NCBI GenBank assembly: GCA_965178125.1
Contig: OZ237741.1
Coordinates: 806,001-870,000 of the forward strand
Direction of reading: 5' to 3'
Source of the DNA: Bilabrum cf. latius
Taxonomy: Eukaryota
Length of the DNA: 64,000 nt
Shown here: positions 25,101 to 37,000 of the stretch, piece by piece
Position numbering within the stretch: the first letter of the stretch is position 1
Layout: the number at the start of each line of letters is the position of its first letter
Program-made: the position numbers and the translations under genes
Notes under the pieces: model-generated
Databases searched by the model: none
Seen by the model: only the letters and a program-made list of their open reading frames with translations
Told to the model about the DNA's origin: nothing

Positions 25101-27051
25101 TGAAGCGCTGGCCAGGTTCGCGTCCAGTGGGCAGAGCCCATCTGGGGGCTCCGGGAACCGCGTGCCTTTCGCTGCTGGCTCGCTTGGATCCAGCAGCGGC
25201 CAGCAATCCAAGGTGACTCTTGCTCTTGAACGCGCCAGAAACAGACAAGCAGCCGAAGAAAATCGCCGTAATGCAGATGCCTTGCTTCGGGGCGCGCAGA
25301 TGGGGGCCGACGTTGATGGTGGTGCTGAGGAGCCCGGCCCACTTAGACAAGACGGCTATGGCGTCGCAGGAATGGGGGCAGATGGGGTGCCCATGGAAGC
25401 TTCGGAAGCGTGGCGTGCCAAAGAGGAGATGGAGAGGCAGAGGGCTTAGTCCAGCGCGCAAGGACCGTGGCTGGGCCGATCTACTCGGGACCCGCCGCCT
25501 CAAGACGACGGCAGCTCTGTTGGTGGTAGCATGCACGCAGCAGTTGGAGTTGGCTTTGCTGGCTTCGAGCCGGCGAGGAGGAGGGTGCCTTCCGTACGGC
25601 AGCAAGGAGCCGATCGACGCCTGGGGTAGCGTTCGCACGAACAGATGCATGTATCTGAGGCACAACCTGAGGATAAGCAAATTGATAGAGGACGTGATGG
25701 TCTTCGCTCTGTCACGCACAGGAGTACCGCCGCTGCGAGTCTGTCCCGCCAGCGCAAGGCAGCGGCCCCATTTTGGAAGTCAGCTGCTCGATTCAAGGAC
25801 GATGTGACCAAAGATGCAACGAGACTCGAGAAAGAGGTTGCCACGGTGGAAGCGCAGCTCTAGCCGAAATCGGCGCTGGAGTAGGCCTTACGTTCGGTGC
25901 CTCCGTCCCTGCGAGGCCAGTGGCTCAAGTCAGGGCATGCCGACCGGTACAAGAAACTGGACGAGCAGCTCGGTTTGTCAGCGGACACATTTGCCACGTC
26001 TCGGTCTGGCGCTGGGAATGCGTAGCATCCAATCGCAACCGCGCGCAGGGCGTCAGCTTCCCGGCCCATCTACGGGTCTGCAGTGGCGGTGGGGGCACGT
26101 CGGGGGTCTGCCACGAGACGAATGAGCGGCGGCATTGCAGGCTCACCGAGACGGGAGTCGTGGGTGCCTACCGCGAGCCTGGATGCGGCCGACGGTTGGC
26201 ATGCGGTGGAAAGGAGAAAGCAAGAAGAGGAAGATGATATGCAGCTGGAGGAGGACGCAGCTGACCTGGCCAGGGTTGCCCCGCTGGCTTCTGTCCTGTC
26301 CCCAACAGGGGGGCTGGGCGGTCGCCGCGGCTCTGCTAGATCCGTGGCAAGTCAGCAGCGGATTGATTTCTTCCGCGTGCAGGATGGTACGGCTCGGGCT
26401 GACAACCTAGCTGGATCGTCCGTCAATGATGTGGCCGGAGCAGGGCCAGGAGGAGCAGGCCAAGGCATGGACGGCCCGGAGAGCAAGGGTCCTGAGGACC
26501 TGCAAGCCACCGCTACTCGAATGCTAGCAATGATGCCAAAGGGGAAGTGGGCCGTCGAGCACTCTACTTTAAATGGGATGATGCGGGAGCAGCTGCTGTC
26601 AGACCTTGGAGGTGTATCGGAGCAGCCGAAGGCCATCTACAAGGTGCTGAAGACCGCTGGCGGGCAGCTGCCTCTGCGGCGGCTCCTGCGGGCACAAGAA
26701 AGAGGAATGGGCGTTTCAGCTTCTGCTGCAAGCCGGCAAAATGCGGTATCACAGTAGTCCAAGCACGCTGGCAGCATTTCGAGGAGAGGTGCGGGTGTAA
26801 CCAAGGGCTCCTCCACCATGTCGACTCCAAGCAGGTCCTCGACAACTGGCAGGCAGCGCGGAGCTGCTAAGATTCGCAGCGCGGGCAGGGACATCATAGC
26901 ATCTCCAGTAGTACGAAAGACAGCGGAAAAGAGGCTGCAGCGAGCGTACGATGCATTGCTTGCAAGCAGCGTCGACGAGAGGACGAAGGCAGTGCGGAAG
27001 AAGCGCAAGAAGATCCAGCGCCAGCGAGAGGCGGTGGATGGTGTTCAGTGA
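19144..27051 (+). CDS. Large hypothetical protein with N-terminal IQ motif and EF-hand/p25-alpha-like segments (~2635 aa; ~18 in-frame TAG)
   Basis: All long plus-strand ORF fragments share one frame and are separated only by TAG; ends at TGA 27049-27051. AAATLQRLWRGHRAR (IQ), FLSFCRDCRL, LDFAGFKACMVELA, FQAFLLYTRDIGL. Confidence 0.78.
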
Positions 27052-27135
27052 AACAAATAGCCATGACTTGATGATTTAATTTATTGCTATGTGCACAGCT
27101 CACTTGGACATTTATGCCACCGCAGATCTAACCAC

Positions 27136-28428
27136 TCAGAAGCCTCCCTCCTGCAGCATGCTCTCAAGCCGCATCGCCGCACTGCCAAGCTTCAGATCCA
27201 GCAGGGCCCTGGCCTTGCTGCGCCTGTCCACTGCTTCGTGATCTGCTGCAGCAGATGAGCTGCTGCTGCTGCTGGAGGCTGCAGCGCCTGCTTCCGCCAG
27301 CTCTGACCTGTACGTCACCTTGGCACCGCTGCTGCCGAAGTGCGCTGACAAGGGAATCTGTCCGGAATTGAGCGTCTTGCAGGCAGTTCTCTGCTGCATT
27401 ACTGCTCTCTTGGATTCTGGGGTCGCCTCAAGCTGGCTTAGGCTGGCATCCGGCTTCTGCACGTCCGATTTGCCGGCGGAACCGTCCGACGCCCGGGAGC
27501 TCGCAGCTGCCTTAGCTGCGTCGGAATCTCCCAGCACGCTCTTGTCTACAGCTTCTTTGAATTCTTCGAGCTCAGCTTGGGTAATTCCAAGAGATGGCGA
27601 TCCGTGAACGCCTCCGACGGTGGAAGGCGAGCACCCGGTGCTCGACGCGTTGATGAAATGCACGTCGTCCTCGTCCACGTCCTCGTCCTCGTCGACGTCG
27701 CTGCTGTAATCCTCCTCAGTGTTATCTTCAATAGGTCCAGGAGGTGGGATGCTGATCCTCAGGCTCGGCACTGGCGCCTAGGAAGGCGATTCGATGAGTC
27801 GAGCAGCTGCTTGGGCTGTGCTGGAATAGTCAGCCGAGGGCTCCACATCTCCTCCTTTTGCCGAAGCAGTTGGCTTCTCATTGTCAATCAACCCTTGAAT
27901 GACTAGAGCAGTTGAACTCTTGCGTCCTTCGATGAAGTCGGCGTCTGCTGCGAGGCTTCCAGCAGGACGCTGCTCGGTCTTGGTGGAACGCTTCTTGCTC
28001 ACTCGCCTGCGCTTCGGGCTTGGCACTGGCGAGGCAAACAGCGGCTTTTCCAGCTTGGCCGTAGAAGCCTTTCTCTTTGAGCCTGGCATTTGAGCTGGAA
28101 GCTGACTTGCTGCTTCGGTTATAAGCTCTTTAGCGCTGACGATGTGCGGCTCGCCACCTGCCTGCTGCTCGGCTGAGCTCATCCCGACACCATCGACGTC
28201 CTCCGCCATGGCCTCACACAACCCTGAATCCAAGAATTCTGCTTGCTCCCTTGCCTTTCGGAGCTGCTCTGACTCCTTCTTGGACAGGATGTTGCCGCGG
28301 CGGCGTACGCGCAGCACCGGCATCGTAGGCTCCTGCGCTGCCGGAGCATTATGCGGGCTTTCTACAGCTCTTGGCCTCCGCGAGCAGCACATACTGAAGG
28401 AACCAAACATGCTTGCAACTGATTGCAT
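27136..28428 (-). CDS. Hypothetical low-complexity protein with basic NLS-like PKRRRVSKKR (430 aa; 1 in-frame TAG)
   Basis: ORFs 27778-28428 and 27136-27771 are in frame across TAG 27778; ends in TGA. Confidence 0.7.
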
Positions 28429-28990
28429 GACTTAGAGGTACTTAAGTTTCTTGTTCTAAGCTGTTTGTGTTGTGTTGAGTAGAGCGAGCACGAGTTTGTC
28501 TTGATCCGAGCATGAGGTCGCAAGGTTCCGCACACTGGAGGCGGGTGGTCGCGCGTCCGCCGCGCGCGGCGGCATCTCAGACTCATCACCCGAATCCGTT
28601 CACTGCTAGCAACGATATCAGGGAGTGCTAGTCTCGTGTCACATTCTTCTAATTATGTCGTAAGTTCTCCACTGACCTGGACACAACTCACTTCTCGTTC
28701 ACAGCGTCGAGCTCAGCTGCGTAAGCGCGTTGTTGTCGCCTCAATCTCCACCTCCCCACCTATGCCTTCCTTGCACTTGAACGCAGAAATGTGCGAGGCA
28801 GGCTAGCTTAGCACACGAATGCTCTAAAGGCTGAGCAGGCTGCATTAAGACAAGCAGTGGGTGAGGCAAGCTGCCCGTTGAGCTAGTGAATGTGCCTACC
28901 CGGATCGTAGACAAAAATCTGAGCGAGCTGCTCTCAGCGATTCGCTGGTCCTCTTTCTTTTATATCAATGTCACGTCATTCGCTTGATTC

Positions 28991-31900
28991 ATGGTGCATG
29001 TTTCCTCTGTCGCAGGGAATGGCAAAGTCGCACGCACTGAAGGTGCTGCAGAGTCAATAGCGCCTCCCCGTCGAGTAGAAGACTACTTGCAGGAAGACGC
29101 ATCAGAGAGATAGGAACGGCTGCAGCAGTTGCAGCGCGAGTCTGAGCTTCGCGAAAGATCGGACGCACCCCACCACCCTGAGATAGACCAGAGGTCGAGG
29201 GCAATTGCAGCTTCCAGCCGAGGGCGTGGCCCAGTCGAGGACCGACTGCTGGCCGCAGGGTAGGCATCATAGGCTAGTCTAGATGCGAAACGGGTGCAGG
29301 CGCAGCTGCAGGGCAGCGATGATCCCGACGCTAGCCAGGGCAGACGAGGCGGGGAATTGGGCGGCAAGCCCGATGGCAGCGACTACATACTGCGGTCTGG
29401 CCACGCCGCCTCAGAGGGCCGAAGCCACGTGGATGAAACGAACCGAAGGGTTGTGTCGCAGCGCAAGCACGAGGAATTCGTGGAGCGGAGCAAGCAGTGG
29501 CAGGAGCGCAGGGAGCAGTCCCTGCGCCGCACGCAGCAGGAAGTCGAGGCGCAGCGCGTTGCGGAACTTCGATCGGCGCCTCGCATCGACCGCACGAGCG
29601 ATGAGATCGCCAGGCGCCAGCAGCAGGCAGCCAGCGCCGCGGGAGGTGCCCCCGTGACGGCCTCTGACAGGCTGTACGCCGAGGCCCAGCTCCGGAAGGA
29701 GGCGAGCGAGCACCGAGCAGACCGGATCCACCGCGAGCAAGTTCCCGGGAACCCCGCCATCACCCGGAAGGCTGCTCAGCTGAGGCGCGAGGGCGACGTG
29801 GGCGACCGCCTGTACAACCAAGCCATGGAGTCCAATCGGCAGCGCAAGCTGGTGCAGGCACACGAGCTCCGCAAGCTGGAGGAGGATGCCATGGGTGGAG
29901 GGCTGGAGCAGTCCATGGCACGGCTAGGCCGGGGAACAGGAGAGGGTGGCAGCGGAGGCGCGGGGGGGGTTGACAGCCTCTCCCGCGGCGGATTCTTGAG
30001 CCCGGCAAGCAGCACTGCGCGGTCGGGCAGGCGCCGGCGGGGCAGCATCGAGGCGGGTAGGGACCTGTACATGAAGGGCTTCGAGTCCCAGAAGCGGATC
30101 GAGCTGCAGAGGCAGATGGAGGAGGAGGAGTACAGGGAGAATGCCCGGCCGAGGCTCAACCGGAAATCGCTGGAGATCGCGGAGTCGTCTGGTGTCGTGC
30201 ATGACCGCCTCCACCGACCCACGGCGTCATACGCTATCAAGCGACATGCGGCGCGAATGTCGGGAACGCCGGTGCGCGGTGGCAAAGGCCACCCAAGGAG
30301 ACTCGTGGGCTTCGGATCGAGCACACCAAGGCAGGTGCAGCTCGCCAGCCCTGGCTCGGCAGCCATGGTGATCGCCCGAGACGAGGTCGGCCGCATGCTG
30401 CCCGCCACTGCAGTTGCGACCAACAGCACGGTGGACGCCTCGCTGAGGGCGCACCTTGCTGACATGACGAAGCGAGGAGAGCTGGACGGGTCGGGCAAGC
30501 AGCCCCCCCTCGCCGACCTAGAGGCCACCGCGCACTCGACCACTCCCGGCGCGAGCGGGGTGGGGGCCGGGAGCGGCAGCGCGGCGCCTGAATCGAAGTC
30601 CCCCGACGGCTCCATGGCAGGGTCTCAGGCTCAGGCTCAGGAGGAGGAGGAGGGAAAGAAGGATGACCCCGCCGCGGCTGCCCCCGCGGGCGACAACGCA
30701 GCCGTGCCCAGCCGGAACCCACCCCACAGCGGCTCCGAGTCCTCCCCCGGCGCAGAGGCCTCCTCCCTCGCTTCCGCCTCTGCCTCTGGGGGCCTGCACC
30801 AGCCAAGTGGCAGGAGCCCAGCGTCTCGTGCCACTGGGGGTATGAGCATTGGTGACCTCGGTCGGAGCGCTCTGAGCGCCGCGGCAATCATCCGCGAGGA
30901 GGAGAAGGAGCTCACGTTCAGGCCAAAGGTGAAGAAGCACTCGAGGGAGATCGCGAAGAAGAGGGCGGTGGCGGGCGTGACTGTGGAGGAAAGGCTCTCT
31001 GAGGCTGCGAGGAGGAGGGCCAGGGACATCGACAGGCTCAAGCAGGAGAGGGAGGAACAGCTGCTGAAGGAGTGCACCTTTCAGCCCAACAAGGGCAGGA
31101 GGAGGCAGAGGAAGGGAAGATCCGCCTCGACCGCGGCGGACGCAGCTCCAGCCCGCAAGCCAGGGGAGGGCGCAGCGGCGTTCCGTGCCGTTCTAGAAGG
31201 CTAGACCGAGGGCGTTGGGGCAGGGGGGTCCTCGATGCGGAGCAGCCTGCTCCGATCCTCCAGGCGACAGGCGGATGCCGAGTCCGCCTCCCGCACGCCC
31301 ACCTCCATGTACGCCAAGGCGGTCGAGTGGAAGCGGGCGAGGGAGCGTAGGCTGCAGATGATGAGGGACGAGAAGCAGGATGTGGACCTCGTGGGATGCA
31401 CCTTCCAGCCCAACAGGGCCAGGGGAGAGGGGGTCCAGCAGGCTGGGAGGGGCGGTAGGGGTGATGGCGGTCCACCCTCCTCCTCCTCCTCAGGCCTTGG
31501 TGCCGGGAGTAAGCCTCGGCGTGGTCGCCGTGCGAGCTTCGCAGGTGGGGAGAGCAGCCGCGGCCGCTTGCCGGGCAGCAGGATGGACGGGAGGGCGAGG
31601 AGGAGGCGGGCGAGCATAGCAGGAACGGGGCACTCTGAGCTGGACCTGGCCGCGGCCGCTGACGGCGAGGGCGTTGACATCCTGACCCTGACCAGACCGG
31701 GAGTGGAGGACTTTTTCAGGAGGAAGGCAAGGGCGCACGCCATCGAGGAGGAGAAGGCGGCCAAGGCGGCGAGGCACGCCACGGGCAGGGGCTGGACAGG
31801 CCGGCCCACGGTGGCGAAGGGCTTCCAGCTCGGCCGCAAGCGGGGGCCCGGTGTGGCTGCCCTGCGTCGACCGGTGGACTACGACCCCATGGCCGCGGGC

Positions 31901-32980
31901 ACCTACGCGCGTGGTGCGATCGCGAAGGAGAGGGCCAGGAGGGAGGCGGCCGTGCGGGGCATGCCGATCTACGAGGCCCCTCAGAGCCCCGTGCGGGGCA
32001 GCTTCGAGGCGGCGAGCGAGCACGACGGCGGGTTCCTGCACCAGGTCAGGACGGACAAAGAGCGGCGCCACGAGGAGAGCCAGAGGGTCCGTAGGCAGGA
32101 AGAAGACAAGAAGTTTCAGCAGACTGTCGAGAGGCTGGCGGAGGAGGCGCTGGCTCGCCACTCGGGCCGCGGAGGGGGCGAGCGCGTGGACGGAGCAAGT
32201 GCTCCAGAGGCGGGGCAACACGCCGGCAGGCTCGACGCAGACGAGCTCGTCAAGCAAGCTCGCAAGATAGAGCAGCAAGACAGAGAAAACCAGCGCTCGC
32301 TGCAAAGCGCAGCAGATTCGAGTGATCTAGGCGACGGGACCGGGTCCGGATACGGCGACCTGACCGAGGAGGACATGAGGGTCAACCTGCAGCTGGAGCG
32401 AGGCGGGGAGCCGCCGGAGAGCAGCGGCCGCAAGGTGAATATTGCGGTCGCAGCTAGAGCAGCGCTTGGCGCGTCCCTCCGGAAGCAGGCGGCCGCGTCC
32501 CGTGGCGCGCAGGCGGCTGATGATGCTGGCGGGAGCCGCCCCGAGCCGCAGCGGGACGAGGAGGTTGTCAGGGTGCTCCGAAGCGCTCGGAATGCCATGC
32601 CGCCCGATGCCAGTGACCTAATGCGTGATGCGGTGGTGGGGAGCTCAGGGGTGAGCCGAGCTTACTCCAATGCTCCAAGCTCGGCCAGCGCACCGGGACG
32701 GGATGACGAAGCGCAGCTGGCGTCCGACCGGCTGCGCGAAGCCGTCGTGCGAGCGTCGCAGCGGAGCGAGCCGCGCGAAAGCAACGGAAATCAGGGCGGC
32801 ATAACTGCAGCACAGATCTTGTCTATGTCCGCGCAAGATCGGCGGCTGCTTGGACCCGAGGGTGGAGCTGGCAGCGACGACGAGCTGCTAGAGCGAATGG
32901 AGCGAGCGGCCCAGGCGTCGCTGGCCGCCACTCAGATGCAGGTCTAGGAGCATCTTAGGCGCATGAAAGCAGAGAAATAA
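28991..32980 (+). CDS. Coiled-coil/charged protein with PxI..S....DRL and (E/G)(C/L)TFxP repeats (~1329 aa; 5 in-frame TAG)
   Basis: Single frame to TAA 32978-32980. Repeated HPEIDQRS..VEDRL, APRIDRTS..SDRLY, NPAITRKA..GDRLY, ELTFRP, ECTFQP, GCTFQP. The 5' end is uncertain because of a possible acceptor at ~29015. Confidence 0.72.
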
Positions 32981-33365
32981 TCTTGATGCTACTAATGGCT
33001 TGCATACAGCTTACTTCTGTCTCGCTGGTGCGACTGCTAACATTTGAATTACAAGTCGTCGTCCCACAACAAGCCAAGAACGGATCGCTTGCAGCGCATA
33101 TTCGACTAGGATTCGACTACAACAGCAGCATTAAGCAATCTCCCGTCTAGAGTGGCAATAGAGCTTGCCAACGATCTTGGGTAGCTTGCCTGAAGCCTGA
33201 TCCCGGTGCTATTTTCGCTGATTGAAGTCTATGCTCGCTTTGCTCGGTGTTCATATTGCGTCAATTGTAGCTGCAAAATTTCCCTTTGAACAGAACTGAT
33301 GGATCATTTAAAGAAATATATGTATACACTTGCATTCAATCGTGACTGTCCTCTCCAGAACTCGC

Positions 33366-33884
33366 TCAGTTCACCTCAACTTCGGGCTTAGCATCTGCTT
33401 CGCCCTCCATCGGAGCCGATCCGTCAGCCTTGGAGATTGCTTCGCCAGCCTCAGCAGCCTTCTGCTTCATCTCTTCAGGTGCAGCATCCGAATCCTTGGA
33501 CTCTTTGCCTTCAATCTTGCTCTGCTTCTTCGGGGGCGTGGCATCGTTGTCGATTGCGGGCGCGCCGTCCACTTCAGAAGCCTTGCGCTTGCTCCCAATC
33601 TCAGGACGGCCCACTTCCGTGGCCGGGGGCTCCTCTGCCTTCGCCTCTCCAGCCCCAGCACCTTCTCCATCTTTAGCTTCTTCCTTTGATTCGCCTTCCT
33701 TTGCTTGTTCTGGCTCTGCAGCCTCCTTGTCGGCCGATGGCTGCTCGCCCGACGCTGCCTCAGGAACTTGCTCGACCGGCTTAGCGGGGGCCTCTTCCAC
33801 CGCTGCAGCCGCTGAGCTGCTGCTTGAAGTGGGCTCCTCCTCAGTGTTTACGATCTGATCCTTCTGCTCGGGAACGGCGGCCAT
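33366..33884 (-). CDS. Small acidic Ala/Glu/Pro-rich disordered protein with bipartite NLS-like KRK...PPKKQSK (172 aa)
   Basis: Uninterrupted ATG-TGA ORF flanked by AT-rich intergenic DNA. Confidence 0.75.
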   Translation of the reverse strand: MAAVPEQKDQIVNTEEEPTSSSSSAAAAVEEAPAKPVEQVPEAASGEQPSADKEAAEPEQAKEGESKEEAKDGEGAGAGEAKAEEPPATEVGRPEIGSKRKASEVDGAPAIDNDATPPKKQSKIEGKESKDSDAAPEEMKQKAAEAGEAISKADGSAPMEGEADAKPEVEVN

Positions 33885-34049
33885 GATTCTTATCTTCGAT
33901 TTCTCGTACTCGGGTTTCTAAATGTGCCTGTTGCACCATGAACCGATCTGGTTTTAATTTGTTGCGAGCTGTTTCAAAAAGCACCTTACCTAAGTATTCT
34001 GAATTTCACTTGCAGTTAGAAACAAACTCGTGCCGTAGCTTAATGAGTC

Positions 34050-37000
34050 ATGCAATCGGTACAGTACTCTGCTGTATTTGGTGATGGTCCTCTCGGTCTA
34101 GTTCTTCGGAAAGTAGAGGGGTATGCAATCGTTCACTGCCTGTTTTCAGAGTCTTCCGGCGAGCAAGGCCAAGCAGCAGACGCAGGGGTCACGGTGGGAA
34201 GTCAGTTGATTTAGGTGGTTGGAGCGCCGCAAGAGCAACAGGAGACGTTTGAGGGCATCACGCAATGCATCCGAACAGCTCGAAGACCGCTTCGGTTGGC
34301 ATTCAACAGACTTGCCGGTGTCTTGCGACCCATTCCGAGCCGTCTGCCTCTGGTCATATGGAGAGGAACGCTGTCTGTTTGGGCTGGAAGCGCTAGCACA
34401 ATACCAATAGCCCCAAAACGCAGCATGGGTCCGAGAAAAGGTCCCAACGGGGTCACAATTGCACAGGGGGAAGCAGAGTTAATCCTTCGCCCCGGCACAA
34501 TGTCCGTAGCAGGATTTGAAGTTTGTCTCAGGTGGGCCAATGACGATTTATCGGCTCTTATTGTTCGCGTCATTGATGTTCTAGCCTCCTCCGAGGTCGA
34601 GCGACTGGCATCAGATGAAACCGAGCAGGACCTGAACCCGGACGCACGCTCGGCCGTCAACCAGCTGCTCGAAGCACACGCGAAGCTGAGCAGAGCAAGC
34701 GCTGTGCGAGTGCACGCTCTCATATCATGCGAGCACACAGGCGATTGGGGCGATTTTGAAAGCCGGGAAGCTGCAGTGGAAGCCGCAGCCAGGGCAGAGC
34801 GAGCGCTCCTTCTGGCGCGGCAGACAGACCCTGCGTCCTCTAGCCCCACCAACTCTGGCGCCTCTGCGACTGCGGCGGGGAGTACGCGCCCCCTTTTACT
34901 CCCTGCAGCGCTACGAGCCCCCTCTACAGCCTCGCTTGGTGACCCGCACTGGTTGACGCTGACGTGTCGCACACGTGGAGCCAGGGACGACCTCCGGAGG
35001 AGCCTTCTCCTCCGTGGTATGGCCTCTGAGCTGGCTCTGCAGGCCGGGGGCACGGGAGTCGCCAGGACCGTGATCCAGTCGAGGGTAATGGTTCTGCAGC
35101 GAGGCATTATGAGCAACAGCTGGGTGCCTGCATGGATGCGCATGCGATCGGATGGCGCGCTGCAGTGGTGGCTGCTCCCTAGCAGTGGGTCTGGGTCGTC
35201 GAGTCGTGGCGATGGTGATGGGGAGCCAGGGGCTGGGGCAGGGGCTGGGGCTGAGGCTGGGGCTGGGGTCAGTGGCGGGCAATGGGAAGGAGGATTGCCT
35301 GCTTCCATCGACCTGCCTGCGCTGCTTGACGGAGGGATACGGGCCGGTGAGGTGCAATCTGCCGGGCTGCTTGGGCTGACTGCCAGTGCACAGGTGCTTG
35401 CCGAAGCTGCCACTTGCATAAGTAGGGTTGATTCGAGCAGCCGGTGGAGGTTTCAGCCAATGCTAGCCAAAGAGTCTGTGGCAGTGTCAAGTGCTCGGGC
35501 TGCTGATGGCGGCTGCTGCTTGCCTCAGAGCGGGGTGCGATTGCTGCACGAGGTGGAAGACCTAGTCGCAGCTGGGTGCCCCGGCAACAGTGTCCGAGGT
35601 GGAGCATCATCTGGCACGATTGAGGGTGGTGCAGGACGGATCATTCAGGTGACGGATTCACCGAAGGATACGTCGGGGCTTGGCACTAGCAGGCTCGTCG
35701 AAGCCGTGCTGGGCGAGGGTGGGCCAGAGAGTCGGCGTTCAGCCCCGTCCGAGGCGGCAACGGCTCCTTTGGGCAGCTCCGTCGTTACGTTCAAGCTCTC
35801 ATCGAGGCTTGAGGCTGCCATGTGGAAGCTAGCGGCCGAGCGTCAGTCCAGGAGTACCCTGAGGAGCGCCGGCGGTTCCTTGGAACAGGAAGTGCACAGC
35901 CATGCATGGAAGCAAGATGCAATGACAAGCACAGAGCTGCTGCGCCGATATGCTCGCTCTTTGCGAAAGAGCAGCGTAGGTGGTATTGCTTCTGAAAACG
36001 AAGAATTATAGAGAGAAATGCGGCAAGACTTCGCGCGACAGCTGGCCTCTGGTCGCTTTGTCGCTGCTGGAGATGTTGTGTGCCTTGCGCTGCAGACTGA
36101 CTCTCGTGCAGATCTAAGTGGAGCCATTCTAGGGCTGTAGGTCGGTTTGGAATCAAGTCGAAAAGCAGGCGCAGGCTCTGGAGTTAGTGCCTAGCTAAGC
36201 GCCATGTCTCGCCTGGCATTTGCACTGCGTGGGATGGTATTGCTCCAGTCTGCAGTGTCAGAGGAGGTCAGATTTGCCGTGGCTGCCATCGGTGAAGCTG
36301 GAGCCGAATAGGAGGAGGTGGGCGCCGGCAGCTCTGGACACCCGTTGCTCAGCACGCGATCTGCACATGGCTCGAGCTTCAGTTTTGCCAATCCAAGGGT
36401 CGGAATGCTCTCTTCCCCGACCAGTGGGGTACCTGGTGCATCGCCAAGAAGCATCCATCTGAACGGCACGGGTGCAGCGGGAAGCGGCGACTGGGGCGGG
36501 GCGGGGTTGGAATCTGACTCAGAGGACTCTGATTGGGAGGAGCCAGTGAGTGCCGGTCTCTCGACGCCAGACGCCTCTACCTCGCGTCGCAAGAGTCGCA
36601 AGAAAAGCAAGCTGGCCGAATCGGCGAGCAGCACCGGGAGTGTATTCAGGCAATCAAGGAGGGGTACGCTGCTATCCCCTAGCATGACGATTGGATCTCG
36701 AGCCAGCGACAGGGCATCTCGCATGACCAGATCCAGGGCCGCCTCGCTGAGCTCACCGCACCCGCTCGGGTCGCCTATTCTTCACAGGCGGTCAGGACTG
36801 AGCTTTGCAGACCATGTGGTCAGGATGGCGGCTGACCGTCTGCAGCCCGGGAACTAGCTGTATGACCCTGCCCTGTTGTCATGCGTCCGATGGAGAGTGC
36901 TCAGGCAGCTCAGGGCGCTGCGAGAGCGACCTTCGAGGCTTTTCTCAGATCCCCTGGTTGCCTTCACCCTGCTGCTCCGGGCCGCAGGCGACTTGGATCA

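Noticed and set aside
33095-33125. TTCGACTA duplicated motif as a possible tRNA T-loop (suppressor tRNA)
   Set aside because: No cloverleaf stems or D-arm could be built; no tRNA was recognised anywhere in the window.
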